DNA from: Carcharhinus longimanus
Taxonomy: Eukaryota
Length of the DNA stretch: 64,000 nt
Assembly: GCA_030264375.1 (NCBI GenBank)
Contig: JASCQW010000137.1
Coordinates: 25,387,872-25,451,871 of the forward strand
Direction of reading: 5' to 3'
Shown here: piece by piece, positions 1 to 13,585 of the stretch
Position numbering within the stretch: the first letter of the stretch is position 1
Layout of the letters: every line of letters begins with the position of its first letter
Position numbers and translations under genes: made by a program
The notes under the pieces: model-generated
Databases searched by the model: none
What the model was told of the DNA's origin: nothing
What the model saw: only the letters and a program-made list of their open reading frames with translations

Positions 1-430
1 ATGGCCTACTCCTGCTCCTATTTCTTATGTTCTTATGTAAATACTGTGCCACTGGAAACCACATGAAGGAGAAAAGATTAGAAGGATATACAGATGAGAT
101 TAGATGAAGTATGGTCGGCAAAGGCTCCAGTGGAGCGTAAACACTGGTTGAATTGTCTGTTTCTGTGACTGCGGTTCGAAGTAATATTTAATTTGCACTT
201 TCTTCTCTGTTTTACACCCAGCGTGAATCTGCATTATTCAGAGAGGAGCAATAAAAACACATAATGGACTCACCATGCATTGTGAATTGTAATTGTTTCC
301 GTTCCCTTCTCTTATCTACAACATACTTAATTCCCCACACACATTGTATGTTTCTCCTTTGGCAAGCACCATACTAAAACATGCAGTCAGGCCTGCAGTT
401 GCACCCTTCGTAACTGCAGATCCTCTATCG

Positions 431-821
431 TAGGCCTTCCCAAATTGTAGGCTGTGACACCCCACTCAGTGGGGTCCTGCGATGAGATTTTAAGGGGGTC
501 ACAAGCTCCAAGGTAGCAACAGCTGCCGTGGGGCCTGGCCTGAATGCTAACAGTTGCGAAAGCCCCTTTAAACTCTTGCGTTTCTTTCCGACGTTGGACA
601 TGGTTAAGGCCTGATTACTGCTGCTGCAAAAAAGCCCGTGAAAAGGTAGGTGTTCATGGCAGTTAAAACACTTCCTACCATGCTCAAATGATGTCCCCCT
701 GAACCCAGTCCCCCACCCCGCTGTTTACCAACTCTCATATCCACAAAGTTTTCACTCTGGAGTCATGCAATGCCTGGGACATTACAATGGGATCAAACCA
801 AGGAAGGTTTTGGGGCCTGCT
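431..821. mobile_element. Degenerate hAT/Charlie-like MITE
   Basis: Left end TAGGCCTTCCCAAATTG..GACACCCCAC..GTGGGGTC and right end AAGGTTTTGGGGCCTGCTG resemble Charlie-type termini; TSD unclear. Confidence 0.4.
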
Positions 822-1516
822 GGTCCATTGTATCACCACTGATGCTAAGTCACTTGTTCATTTTTAAATCTGAGCTTCACAGATTTTTGTGAACCAAAGG
901 TACTGAGGGATCTGGAGTGAAGGCATATTTAACATTTAGGCTCACAGATCCACTACGATCTTGCTGGTTCATGGGGATAAACAGTCCCATCCTTTTCCTG
1001 GGGTGTTTGCAGCATTGTCAACACAGCCCTGTGAATTAAGCTTTTCCAGGAACGTACATAAAGGTTTAATGGGGTGGAATAAAAATCTCTGCTTATAACT
1101 TCAAAAAACAGACTGTGCGCTTGAACCTCATGTTACATTTACAGAGTAAAGTTCAATTTCCATTCTCTTNNNNNNNNNNATCTTCTCTTGTATCTCATTG
1201 CGTCTTCATCTACCTCTCTCTGGGCGTTCCTCTCCCATCTGGGTGGTCACTTCCCCCTCTACATCTCCTTCTTTTTTGACCACACTTTCCTTCTGTACCC
1301 CTTCCTCCTTCTTACTCTCCATCAGCACATAAGAAATAGATATCGGTCGAATGGCCTGTCAGCCCACTCTCTATTATGGTTAAAAAGACAGCTGCTGTGC
1401 TACTTGTTTAGCCAACAGTCCTCCAGTCTCTGCAGCACCAGCACTGCACTGGACAGAAGTGGAAGTTCAGGAGGACTTTGAAGCCGAAGGTAAGTTCAAG
1501 GAGTCGCAGGGCAGAG

Positions 1517-1840
1517 AATCATAGAATCCTTACAGTACAGAAGGAGGCCATTCTGCACATCATGTCTGCACTGACCACAATACCACCCAGGCCCCACTCC
1601 TGCAACCCCAAGCATTTACCTTGCTAATCCCCCTGACACTAGGGTCAATGTATCATGGCCAATCAACTTAACCCGCACATCTTTGGACTGTGGGAGGAAA
1701 CCGGAACACCCGGAGGAAACCCACGCAGACACGGGGAGAATATGCAAACTCCACACAGACAGTGACCCGAGGCTGGAATTGAACCCGGGTCTTTAGTGCT
1801 GTGAGGCAGCAATGCTAACCACTGTGTCACCGTGCCGCCC
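1517..1840 (-). mobile_element. HE1-type tRNA-derived SINE, full length
   Basis: Minus-strand head GGGCGGCACGGTGACACAGTGGTTAGC with B-box GGTTCAATTCC; HER1/CR1-like tail GGCCTCCTTCTGTACTGTAAGGATTCTATGA. Confidence 0.93.
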
Positions 1841-2299
1841 CAAGAGGGTAGGGAAGGCCGGTGGCCAGTCAAAGGGGGTAATTGGGGTCTCAGAAGAGTG
1901 GCTGGTGGACATCAGAGGGGGCTGGACACCTGGAGACTTCTTGACTGTGAGGAGAGAGCAATTTCAGATAGGGACTGCTGATGCAGTCAATCCCCTCCAT
2001 CAACCCGCTCGCCCAGGATGTAACTGTGTTCTTTTCTGTCCTACCCCATGGACATTCATTCCTCCAGCCAGCCTGAAAATTGAGGCTTGGTCAGAAATTG
2101 GGTAAGGGCAGGCTTCCTGTCTGAGGCCTTGCTCGCCTCAATGTAAAATTGTTTTGTTGTTGGGGTGGGTGAAAAGCCAGAGGGAATCTCATCCCTTCAA
2201 TTTCACACTTTCCCAATCCATCAGCCCCACCTCACCGAAATACCACCAACGGGGAAAAGTAAAATTCAGACCTTGGGATCCTGGGCTTCATAAAAATAA

Positions 2300-2592
2300 A
2301 AAATTGGAATGTGTCATGTACCATTGTACAGCATTGGCCCACCTCATCTGGAGTATGGTGTCCTATTCTGGCAGTGCACTTTAGGAAGGATGAAAGAAGA
2401 GGAATGCAGAAAAGAGTTTAGAGAATCGTTCCAGGGATTAAAAGCCTGGGTTGCCCACCTGAACAGTAAAAAAATTGCAGAGCTAGAGAGAAAGGGTGGG
2501 GAGTGGGACAAGTTAAATTGCTCGTGCAGGGAGCTGGCACAAGCTTGATGGTCTGAATGGCCTCCTTTGCTGTAAACATGCTATGATTCCAT
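2300..2592 (+). mobile_element. Old CR1 LINE 3' fragment
   Basis: CCACCTCATCTGGAGTAT..TTCTGG motif and GAATGGCCTCCTT..CTATGATTC tail. Confidence 0.65.
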
Positions 2593-3227
2593 GCTCACCA
2601 ATGTATCCCGAAGAACAGTTGCTTTGCTTTGACTTTTTGAACTAGATCTACCTTCTAACTGACGTCACAATACACACACTAATACTCTGGAAATGCTACA
2701 GGGCAAATACATCAAAATAGGAAAGCTGAAGGGTTAACTGTGGCTATTGTTCAGTAGGCCTTTGGAAAGATCCCAGATGAATCAAAAGCAGCAGCTTGAC
2801 TCTGGTAGTTCTGTGGGTGCTGACATAGAATGTGTCAGCAAATGTGGTGCTGTCAAAACTGCCAAGGAAATCTTCGTTTTGCATAATGAAATTATCAGGG
2901 CAATTCTGCAAACCATAATTTTTAAAAGCGTGTTGTGACAGAAAAAAACTCTGCAAGCTGAAAAAAAAGTAATCAAAGTATGGTACCGCTCAAAACCAGT
3001 GATCTGATATAAACAATAGAACTCCTTATTGCAGATGAAGGCATTCATCCAGAAATACCCAATCTTGGAGAACGTTATCCTAATACACATTTTGTAAGAT
3101 TTGAAGGCTTAAAACTTTTACCTTTCATAGGATCTTATCTTTCCCCATCAATGTTCCACAAAATGGTACATTTATTTCACTTTGTTATTGATTCCCCTCC
3201 GTCATCCAGTTTTCTGCAGTGTGTGTC

Positions 3228-3520
3228 GGCAGCACAGTGGCACAGTGGTTAGCATTGCAGCCTCACAGCGTCAGGGACCCAGGTTCGATTCCCGGCTTGG
3301 GTCACTGTCCGTGCGGAGTCTGTATATTGTCTGCTTGGGTTTCCTCCCACACTCCAAAGATGTGCAGATTAGGTTGATTGGCCATGCAATTTCCCCTTAA
3401 GGTCAGGGAGATTAGTAGGGTAAAAATGTGAGATTACAAGGATAGGGCCTGGGTGGGAATGTTGCCGGTGCAGGCTTGATGGGCCAAATGGCCTCCTTCT
3501 GCACTATAGGGATTCTATGA
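3228..3520 (+). mobile_element. HE1-type SINE
   Basis: A/B-box head (TGGCACAGTGGTTAGC..GGTTCGATTCCC), GGCCTCCTTCTGCACTATAGGGATTCTATGA tail. Confidence 0.92.
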
Positions 3521-5941
3521 TCTTCTTACTTCTCCAATTCTGCAGATCAAACTCTCGTGCTCCCTTCCTCCTTCTGGGGAATCAGTTCCTTACATTAAAC
3601 TTGGCAATGCTCTAAAGTACGCAGTAGAGGGAGGGTTCTGGGAGGGGAAAGTGGGGCTTAAGGGGGAAAGGAGCAGAAAGATATGGAAGATGAAAGAGTG
3701 ATTTGGACAGGAACGAATGAGGTTGCAAACCCAGAAGGAAAACGCCAATATCCTTATTTCCCCATTTTACAGGTGGTCCATTTGAAAGACTACAACGCCA
3801 GTTCAGACCAGTATTCTTATTTCCATGTTTTACTGCTTTTCCCTTCTGGGAAGTAANNNNNNNNNNNNNNNNNNNNNNNNNNNNNNNNNNNNNNNNNNNN
3901 NNNNNNNNNNNNNNNNNNNNNNNNNNNNNNNNNNNNNNNNNNNNNNNNNNNNNNNNNNNNNNNNNNNNNNNNNNNNNNNNNNNNNNNNNNNNNNNNNNNN
4001 NNNNNNNNNNNNNNNNNNNNNNNNNNNNNNNNNNNNNNNNNNNNNNNNNNNNNNNNNNNNNNNNNNNNNNNNNNNNNNNNNNNNNNNNNNNNNNNNNNNN
4101 NNNNNNNNNNNNNNNNNNNNNNNNNNNNNNNNNNNNNNNNNNNNNNNNNNNNNNNNNNNNNNNNNNNNNNNNNNNNNNNNNNNNNNNNNNNNNNNNNNNN
4201 NNNNNNNNNNNNNNNNNNNNNNNNNNNNNNNNNNNNNNNNNNNNNNNNNNNNNNNNNNNNNNNNNNNNNNNNNNNNNNNNNNNNNNNNNNNNNNNNNNNN
4301 NNNNNNNNNNNNNNNNNNNNNNNNNNNNNNNNNNNNNNNNNNNNNNNNNNNNNNNNNNNNNNNNNNNNTTTACTGCTTTTCCCTTCTGGGAAGTAAAAAA
4401 ATCTTTGTACATGTCCGACATTTGTAAGAAGATATTCTTCAGGTATACTGAAACAGTACATTACCTCTTGTATAAATTTTTTTCAATAAGTTTGTGGATT
4501 GCAATATGAGTATCTAAAGAAGGTTGCACAGTTTAAATGATTTATCACAACTTTCAATCCCTGCCTGCCTGAACTAATAAAATAGGGCTGAATCACTGGA
4601 TGGAGGAAAGATAAATAGGCGAAAGCAGACAAGTGTTTTCGCACCATGTAAGTGCAAACAATCCCTAGGCAGCCAGCTTGGAACAATGTAAGGTTTTGAA
4701 GATGTCTCAGTTCTCTCTATGCCCTTCTATCTGTGAAAGGAGAGCCAGAATGTAAATTAAATGAATTTCTAGCCCAAATATTCCAAGGATTCCACACTTT
4801 GGTTAAAATGATGTTGGGGCCTGGAATCCAGACATCCTGCCCATGTGGCCTGCACCCACCATTTTTGTTGGGGCGGCGAAGTTGATTACAGAAATGGGGG
4901 TGGGTATCTCCAGTTCATGGCGACAGTTGAACATTTGAAAATGCAACTGCCTTCAAATTTTGGTCACCCAAGTTTTGGAAACACAACGAGTGGACTTTAG
5001 ACATTTGAAGGAAAGATCTAAACCTGCCGGTATTGTTCAGGACGTAAGGTGCCCTTAGGAGATGTCAGTACACCTTTGGGATTGTTTAAAGTAGACATGA
5101 ATGAGTGTAAAAAAGTGGATAAGATCTTTGGAACTGTCAAGTCATTTAAATACCCTGCCTTTTAACTTCTGAAAAATATCAGCCAGCCCGAAGTTGAAAA
5201 AGAATTGTGCTTGTAATTCCAATAGTTTCTTGTTGAGATAAGCCTGAGGCTTACCTTGAAAGGATTGATGCTCCTTGACTTCCACAACCTATCATTATCA
5301 TAGTGGGGCTTGGAAGCTCACAGTTTTGATCAAAAGCTCAGAGGGATTAGCTGTCTTTAATTGGGGGGAGGGCTATTTATACAAATGTTCAATTTTAAGG
5401 AGTTAAATACTTGAAGGAAATGTTTGTTTTTATAAATGAATAAGTACTTGAAGTGACCTTAAGTATATTAATTGGACATTTATCAATGATGTTCTTTTCT
5501 GATATAGTGAAATCTCTAATAGATTTTTTTTTACTTCATCTCATCATGGCTCCTGAGGTCTGCCACTGATGGATACTGGAACATGAATGAATGGAATAAG
5601 GACAAATGCAAGTGAGCAGGGCATAGGTTGGCATGAGTTGGCACAAAGTTGGTAAGGGTGTATGGAGTAGAGGAGCATTGGTCAGCATAGAAGGTTTGAG
5701 GGGCCATCAGGAGTTGGCAGGGAGATGTCGGTTGGCATGGAGTGTATGAGGAATCATGGAGGGAGTGGGTGGAGGCTTGAGATAACATGAGGTGGCAATG
5801 ACAGAGCATGAGGAGTGTGCGGATAATGAGAGGTTAAGGGCCTGAGATCTGATTTTGGGTTAACAGTTTTTATCACAATTGAGACAAAGGGTGAAATCTT
5901 TCCGTCCTGCCTGCCACATGAATTGTAGTGGGTGGGACAGG

Positions 5942-6020
5942 AACATGCACAAATCCATTGACATCAGGTGGGATTTTCCAAAACATGCACAAATCCACTG
6001 ACATCAGATGGGACTTTCCA
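5942..6020. repeat. 40-bp tandem duplication within a GC-rich MITE-like segment
   Basis: AACATGCACAAATCCA(T/C)TGACATCAG(G/A)TGGGA(T/C)TTTCCA twice in tandem. Confidence 0.9.
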
Positions 6021-7008
6021 GTCTTGGGGGTGAATGCGGCCAGAAAATCCCATCTAAACTTCCAGAGCACTGAGATGGGCCCTTTACCCAGCCTATCGAG
6101 GTACCTGGTAGTCCCTGTGGGTACCTCTGCAATTTCCGAGGTGGTGGGTGGAACTGTAGTTAGCTCCAGTATGCTGTTGTAGGAAAGTTTGTCTGCACGT
6201 TCCAAATAACTGCACTTGTTTTACTTTTCAGACACATTATTCGTCCTCACAAAAGATTAACACAAGTTCAGTTGGACCCTCCCCCCATTTTATCTGAGGT
6301 ATGCTAAGCAGAAAAGACATATAGAAGTAAATTTCTATTAATGTTACCGACTGGCTTTTGCTCGGAGCACGCTTGTTTTGTAAGGAGTAGAAGATTGCAG
6401 CATGGAAATAATATACGGCTATGATATTAGACTGCTGTGTTCCTTTACATTGACAAAGGCTGTTTTGTACTAAGCCCATATTGGGTGAAAGCCAACACCC
6501 TCACCTGTTGACAGAGGTTGAAAATGTTTGATCCAAAGATCAGTACTGGGTACAATTTTGTTCTTTGCTTGTATATCTAACCTATTTGAATTTCGGCACA
6601 GCGAGCAGAACATCACCATTTGCCGTGGGGGTTTGATAATCAGTTTGTGAAAGGCTTCAGGAGACTTGAGCAGGTTAGCAGAAGGCAGAGGCAGCTTAAT
6701 GTGCAAATGTGTGAGGCAAACCATGTTGGGACTACACAATCAATGAGAAAATACTATAGAGCTGGAGGAGCAGAGACCTTGAAAGTGCAAATTCAAGTGG
6801 AAAAAACCATAAAAAAGGCCAGTAGCAGTCTGGGTTTGTAAATTGGTGCCTCGAGCAGAGGAACAAATAAGTTCAATGAATTTATACAAGACAAAGACTA
6901 GGCCACAGTTAAAGTACTGTGTGCAGTGTTGGATGTCTATTATAGAAAGGATATTAAGAGTAATGCTTTACCAGATTGGTATCAGGACAAAAAACAATAA
7001 TAATTAGA

Positions 7009-7308
7009 AGGCACACTGGTTACACTGTTGCCTCAGAGCACCAGAGATCCAGGTTCAATTTGGTCACTATCTGTGTGGAGTTTGCACATTCCCCCTGTGA
7101 CCGCATGCGTTTCCTCTGGGTACTCCAGTTTCCACCCACAGTCCAAAGGTGTGTGGGTTAGGTCGTTTGGCCATGCTAAATTGCCCTTATTGTCAGAGGG
7201 ATTAGCTGGGTAAATACATGGGGTTACAGGAATAGGGCGGGGTAGGATTGTTATCAATGCAGGCTCGATGGGCTGAATGGCCTCCTTCTGCACTGTAGGG
7301 ATTCTATG
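7009..7308 (+). mobile_element. HE1-type SINE nested in an old CR1 fragment
   Basis: Head/body/tail match the other copies; CR1-like CCACAGTTAAAGTACTGTGTGCAG upstream at ~6903. Confidence 0.9.
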
Positions 7309-9146
7309 AAAAGGGGGTTGGGCAGGGGTTTTTAACATTATGACATGTTTTGCCAGATTGAATAGAGAATGATCGTTCCGGTTGGGTAGTGTCAAGTGGT
7401 CATTAATTTGAAATCATTTTTACACGAGTAATTAAAAGAGGAATTGTTATAGCATGGAATGCTTTGCTGTGGTTAGGCAGAGATCATTGGAAACAATGAA
7501 AAAGATGGCACTTTTAAAATAGGGAATCTTAAAACGGAAGGAAACTCTTGGGGAAGACAATTTGGTCAGAACACAAAGAAGTGTGTTTACAGATCACAGA
7601 CAATAGTTGGAATTTTCCGGCTTTTCATGCTGGCAGATCTTCTGGTCCAGCCGATTTTGGTCCTGTAGGACCAAAACATCCCGTTGCTGCTGAACAGCAA
7701 GACGCACTGCGTCTCGCAAAACACCCTCAGGGGAGGCCAGAGAATCCCCTCCCTATTTTCCAAGATAAATATTCAAATTGATTAATTAAAGTTAATGAGA
7801 GGCAGAATTGATAAATGTTTAAAGACCAGAAAACCTGCAAAGTGACCTTGGAATTCAGGGGCACGATTTCAATACATTCAAAAGCCACTCACTGTTGGGC
7901 CCAAAGTCTGCAAATATAACTGGAACAATGTTTNNNNNNNNNNNNNNNNNNNNNNNNNNNNNNNNNNNNNNNNNNNNNNNNNNNNNNNNNNNNNNNNNNN
8001 NNNNNNNNNNNNNNNNNNNNNNNNNNNNNNNNNATGTTTGTCATCAATGCTGAAGTTTTCCTTAAAATGATAATGTAAGGCAAACACAACTGCATCTTTG
8101 AACAAGCAAGTTTGCCTTTTGGAAAATCAACTTCTTAGAAACATATCTAGCCATTCTTAATCAATAGACAGAAAGCCTAGCTCATGGTTTTTGAAAAAGG
8201 GTAAATTAACTTGATTTTCGCTTAAGTTTTCTACTTTCACCTTATAAGTTGGTAAAGATCCTTTTCAAACAATGACTAACTGGCTGAGCAATTTCCCATC
8301 AGTGGAGCAAATTACAAACATGAAACAAAGTACTTCTAGATCGCCAATACAATTATTTCTCACACCAAGACAGATCACCATTCAATTCAGATGACTGTAG
8401 GCTCTAACAAACTGACTTCAAGCTCCTAATTCTTTCTCACAGAATCCAGTCTGGTCTCCTAACTCAGGTAATTAACTTTTTGCTGCCATGATTACTATAA
8501 CATAAGGAATGACTGTTGTAAATACTAACACATTAACAATAGTCATAAAACTGACAGGGAGGCATTTGTTGCACTAACTCCTCTGGGTACTACTCTGTTC
8601 CAACACATTTTTTTTCACCCTGACTTCCTCCCTTTCTCTCCTGAGAGCACTGACTCATGATTGAGTGGGATATCAGGCGTGCCACTCACACTTCTCATCC
8701 AAGTGGTATTCTGCAGAGGTAAGCTTAAACAATCAGCGACAAAAGGCTAATCCTCAAGGGACCATCATTGACAAGGTCAGGCTTGGCCTTACTTCTGGGG
8801 GAGAATATTTCACCCTGCTCCTTTTTTTAAATGTAAACTTAAATAAGTTTAGAAACAACACGTTTGTAGTTGAGCAGGATACACAATATGGAACAAAAAG
8901 GTTTGCTAATTGCTGTGTTCCCTTCAGTTCAGGAGGATCAAGGTCAGTGTTACTGGCAATCATTTGCAGGTATTTTTGAATGCCTACATTGACATTCTTA
9001 GATATAGAATCAGTAAAGAGTTTTAAAATGAAGGAGAATGATTTTAAATCGATTTGCCCTGGGTAACTGGGTCCACCTAAAATGACTTGAATTTTAACTT
9101 GTTGAACTAAGAAGGCAGAGAACGTTCCTACCCAATTACCAGTGGG

Positions 9147-9438
9147 TATCACAGTGACACAGTGGTTAGCACTGCTGCCTCACAAAGCCAGGGATCTGGG
9201 TTCAATTCCGGTCTTGCGTCACTGTTCATGTGGAGCCTGCACATCCTCCGCATGGGTTTCCACCAGTTTCCTCCCACAATCCAAAGATTTGTGAGTTAGG
9301 TTGATTGGCCATGCTAAATTGACCCTTAGTGTCAGGGGGATTAGCAGAGTAAGTGAAGGTTATGGGAATAGGACCTGGGTGAGATTGTGGTCAGTGCAGA
9401 GTCGATAGGCTGAATGTACTGTAGGGATTCTATGATTC
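9147..9438 (+). mobile_element. HE1-type SINE
   Basis: CAGTGGTTAGCACTGCTGCCTCAC head, GTAGGGATTCTATGA tail. Confidence 0.92.
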
Positions 9439-9868
9439 AAAAGTGATTTGCATATGCATGTTGGGACTAGACTGTAAGATTTAATTGGTAACCTGAGTGA
9501 GAAGCCACAATGAGTTTCCAGGTCAACCGAGCAGTGAAGGTGATCAGGAGCGGGGGAGCATTTTTTTTTTCCCTTTGGGAAAGCAGCAGGACTCATTTTT
9601 GTTCATCTGGTGGAGATGCAGCAGCCATGAAGAGCAGTTAGGTAGTTGGAATGGGCACCTCAGTCACACACGTGCCAACAGCAGAGTGGAAGATTTGTCA
9701 AACTATTCTCATCGTGTAACAGAGGCCTGTAAAAGACTGCAAGGGTAAAGTTACCAAGTTCTGAAATGTTCCTGAAATAGCAAATCCCCTGGGGTTGATT
9801 CGTTGCTCTCACTCTTATTCTGAAGTCTTCTCATGTAACTCCCCCAGCCCTTGGCATATTACGGTGGA

Positions 9869-10120
9869 CACAGTAAGAAGTCTGTCAACAACATGTTTAA
9901 GTCCAACCAATTGGTTGNNNNNNNNNNNNNNNNNNNNNNNNNNNNNNNNNNNNNNNNNNNNNNNNNNNNNNNNNNNNNNNNNNNNNNNNNNNNNNNNNNN
10001 NNNNNNNNNNNNNNNNNGACAACACCAGGTTTAAGTCCAACCAATTGGTTGCACTTAAACCTGGTGTTGTCAGACTTCTTACTGAGTTTACCCCAGTCCA
10101 ATGCCGGCACCTTCACATCA
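9869..10120. mobile_element. Penelope-derived foldback mini-element (centre lacking the hammerhead; spans a gap)
   Basis: Inverted arms CAGTAAGAAGTCTG..GTCCAACCAA/TTGGTTGCACTTAAACCTGGTGTTGTCAGACTTCTTACTG; TSD CATATTACGGT at 9855 and 10119. Confidence 0.75.
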
Positions 10121-10614
10121 TATTACGGTAGGCCAGGATATTCACCGATGCCCTCACATGCAGTCACCAACCACAACCTCTCCCACCCCCCCAACATTGG
10201 CAAATTGCCTACAAAGAAGGCACAGGGCAGAATCTAGCCACAACTTATTTTATCCCAATTTCTGGTCCCTGATTGAGTGATCTATCCAAAAACTGACTGC
10301 AACCTTGGCCCCCAAGATTTGCCATAAGATTTGCCATGGGGCAATTACATAATGATGATCACAACATTTTGCCACATGCTCAACAATTTGCTGTCTTCAA
10401 GTGTTCTGAAGAAACTTGCAACAGTCAATAGTTATAAATTCCCAGTGAAGCCTTTTGCAGAGGTGCTTAGGAAACTTGGTGGAAACCCAATAGTTTCCCA
10501 AAGAGCAAGGCCTGACCAGTGTGGAAATCATACTCTTTTCAGGTTCCTTCTTCGATCTAAACCCTAACTTTTTCCATGAGTTTTCAGTTGGATATCAATT
10601 TTAACAATAACCAA

Positions 10615-11400
10615 CATCTAACTTTTACAGACGCACCACAGAAAGCATTCTTTCTGGTTGTATCACAGCTTGGTAAGGCTCCTGCTCTATCCAAGACTGC
10701 AAGAAACTACAAAGGATCATGAACGAAACCCAGTCCATTACTCAAACCAGCCTCCCACCCACTGACACTAGCTACGCTTCCCACTGCCTTGGAAAAGCAG
10801 CCAGCATAATTAAGGACTCCACACACCCCCGAACATACTCTCTCCTACCCTCTTCAAAATACGGCCAAGGTAGATGAAGGGGGCAGAGTTCTCTCCTAAA
10901 GGATATTATCAAGCCATTTGGGTTTTTATTTTATCCAATACTGTTGATGATTACCAGACTAACTTTTCATTCCAGAGTTATTTGATGAATTGAATTTCAA
11001 TTCCTGGCTAGGATTCTTGCCTCTGAATCATTAGTCAAGGGATCTGCATTGCTCATCTAGACACATAACCAGAAGTGGGTATCCTCAGAAAATTAATTAA
11101 GCATAATTAAGGACCTCACACACCCTGGACACTCTCTCTTCCACCATCTTCTGTCAGGAGAAAGATACAAAAGTCTGAGGACACATGCCAACTGACTCAA
11201 AACAGCTTCCTCCCTGCTGCCATCAGACTTTTGAATGGACCTATCTAATATTAAGTTGATCTTTCTGTACATTCTAGCTATGACTGTAACACTACATTCT
11301 GCACTCTCTCTCCTTTCCTTCTCTATGAACTGTATTGCGCACATGAAACAATACTTTTCACTGTATACCAATACATGTGACAACAATAAATCAAATCAAA
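10615..11400 (+). mobile_element. Rex1/Babar LINE 3' fragment, interrupted by a ~240-bp SINE fragment (10858-11099)
   Basis: Degenerate coding for ESILSGCITAW..QDCKKLQRI..AASIIKD.THPGHSLF..SG.RYKSL; tail CAATAAATCAAATCAAA. Confidence 0.85.
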
Positions 11401-12047
11401 CATCTACTCTGAGCTAGATCAATCACATGTGAGAGGACAATTAATTGTTGTTGGAGAGAACACATTAAATACTCAAAACTAATATTATCTACTCGGTGAT
11501 AAGATTAATAGGTAGCTGGCACTTACCTTCACGGTTGTATCATCTTCCTATCTGGCCTAACAAACTGCAAGGTCCAATGAAAGTTAGAAATGTTTTTTTC
11601 ATAATTCCAGGCCCAACCTATCATTCACATTTGAAAATTAAAGCAATTAAACAAGGATGTTTCTATTGTAGTACAGTGATGGATTTTTTTTTGTTGCAAC
11701 GGGTAATATTTCTAGGATGAACCAAGTGCATTTTGCTTGCATGCTTTTGAGTGAACATGAGTTCATAGCCCCCTGTGAAACTTTGCAGACATCAGACAAA
11801 TGAAAATCTTTTAATGATACGCTTTTGCTTTAATTGGGTCAGCACTGCTCCAACATGCATCTGATGGCAATTGGTAGCACTACTATTTCCTGGTCTCACC
11901 TCGATTATTCACAAAGGGCTAAATGGCCTCCTCCTGCTCCTATCTTCTATGTTTCTACGTTTCTAAATCAAGATCACATTTGGATCAGAGGGTGATAACT
12001 GTGAGAAAAAATGAGCATGTCAAATTTAAATGGAAGAGGACAAGTAG

Positions 12048-12875
12048 GAACATAGAAAATAGGAGCAGGACATTTGGCCCTTTAAGTCTGCTTCGCCATT
12101 CATTATAATTATAACTAATCATCCAAGTCAATAACCTGTTGCTGCTTCCCCCCACCCACCTGATCCTGTAATCACCTTCGCCCCTAGTGCCATATCTAAC
12201 TCCTTCTTGAAAACATCTGATGATTTGGCCTCAACTGCTTTCCGTGGTAGAAAATTCCACAGGGTGACCACTCTCTGGGTGAAGAAACTTCTCCTCATCT
12301 CAGTCCTAAACAGTTTATTCCTTATCATTATACTGCAACCCTTAGTTCTGGACGCACCTCCATCCGGAACATCCTTCCTGCATCCAGTCTGTCTATTCCT
12401 TTTATAATTTGAGAAGTTCCCACTAGATTCCCCCTCATTCTTCTGAATTCCAGCGAATGTAATCCGAACTGACTCAATCCCTCTACTTACGTCAGTCCTG
12501 CCATCCCAGGAATCAATCTGGTAAACCTTTGCTGCACTTCCTCTCGAGAAAGAGCATCCTCTCAGATAAGAGGCCAAAACTGCTCATAATATTCCAGGTG
12601 TGGTCTCACCAAGGCCCTGTACACTTGCATCAAGACATCCCTGCTCCTGTACTCAAATCCTGTCACCATGGTGGCCAACATATCATTTGCCTTCTTTACC
12701 GCCTGCTGCACCTGCATGCTTATTTTCAGCAATTGGTCTATGAGGAAACCCAGGTCCTATTAAACATTCCCCTTTCTCAATCCTCATAGGTAATCATCTG
12801 TCTTCCTATTTTTGCTACCAAAGTGGATAACTTCATATTTATCCACATTATACTGCATCTGCTGTGCATTTACCC
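12048..12875 (-). mobile_element. CR1/HER1 LINE 3' fragment (ORF2 C-terminus pseudogene)
   Basis: Minus-strand peptide FRTEMRRSFFTQRVVTLWNFLPRKAVEAKSSDVFKKELD, typical of the CR1 ORF2 C-terminus; CTATGTTC tail. Confidence 0.93.
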
Positions 12876-13413
12876 AGTAAGGGAGGCATCACGAGAAAGG
12901 TGGCAAAAAATCTAGAAGGATCCTGAACAGCATTAGAAGGCACTCTGCTATTATCTATATGCTATGCTATCGATGATTGGAGTGCTTTTGAAAAGCTATG
13001 CAGCTGAATGGTTAGACTATCACATCTCATGGTGATGCTACCAGGGGTGCGGCTAACACAGTTTTATTTATGAAAAGGAACCTCCATTTAAAGATCTGCC
13101 ACCTCTTAGAGGCACAGGAGTTCAGCAGCTGCCAGATGAGCAGAGAGCACCTCTCACGTGGCTTGATCTGCCTGGCATCTATCTAAAACTTCTCCTGACT
13201 TTCGAACTTGTCATCTTAGAAGGTTCCTATTGACAAACTGTTTGATGGCAATAAAGAGAGATTGAAGCAACAACACAAATGTTTCAGATTGAGTAATACA
13301 ACAGTAGAAGGCAAATTGAAGACTTGTAACTCTTGCAAAATCTATAGGCCTCTTAAAGGTCTTCCAGCCTGCAGGACCCCATGCGGCTTCCTTTCTGCCA
13401 AGTTTCAATGGTT

Positions 13414-13585
13414 ATAGAACATAGAAAAACTACAACACAATACGGGCCCTTCAGCCCACAAAGTTGTGCCGAACATGTCCCTACCTTAGAGCTTACTAGG
13501 CTTACCTATAACCCTCTATTTTCTTAAGTCCCATGTACTTATCTAAAAGTCTCTTAAAAGACCCTATCGAATCCACCTCCATCAT
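13414..13585 (-). mobile_element. CR1 LINE 3' end
   Basis: ATAGAACATAGAA tail and GGCCCTTCAGCCCAC..TTGTGCCGAAC 3' UTR stem. Confidence 0.85.

Noticed and set aside
3034-3098. Possible small exon (TTGCAG..GTAAG; DEGIHPEIPNLGERYPNTHF)
   Set aside because: Unrecognised peptide, modest polypyrimidine tract and no partner exons; such signals are common by chance
3612-4461. Long ORFs of 200-269 aa
   Set aside because: Mostly N-gap; the collapsed sequence gives no recognisable protein
8665-9152. 104-aa and 132-aa ORFs
   Set aside because: No recognisable domain; they overlap old repeat fragments
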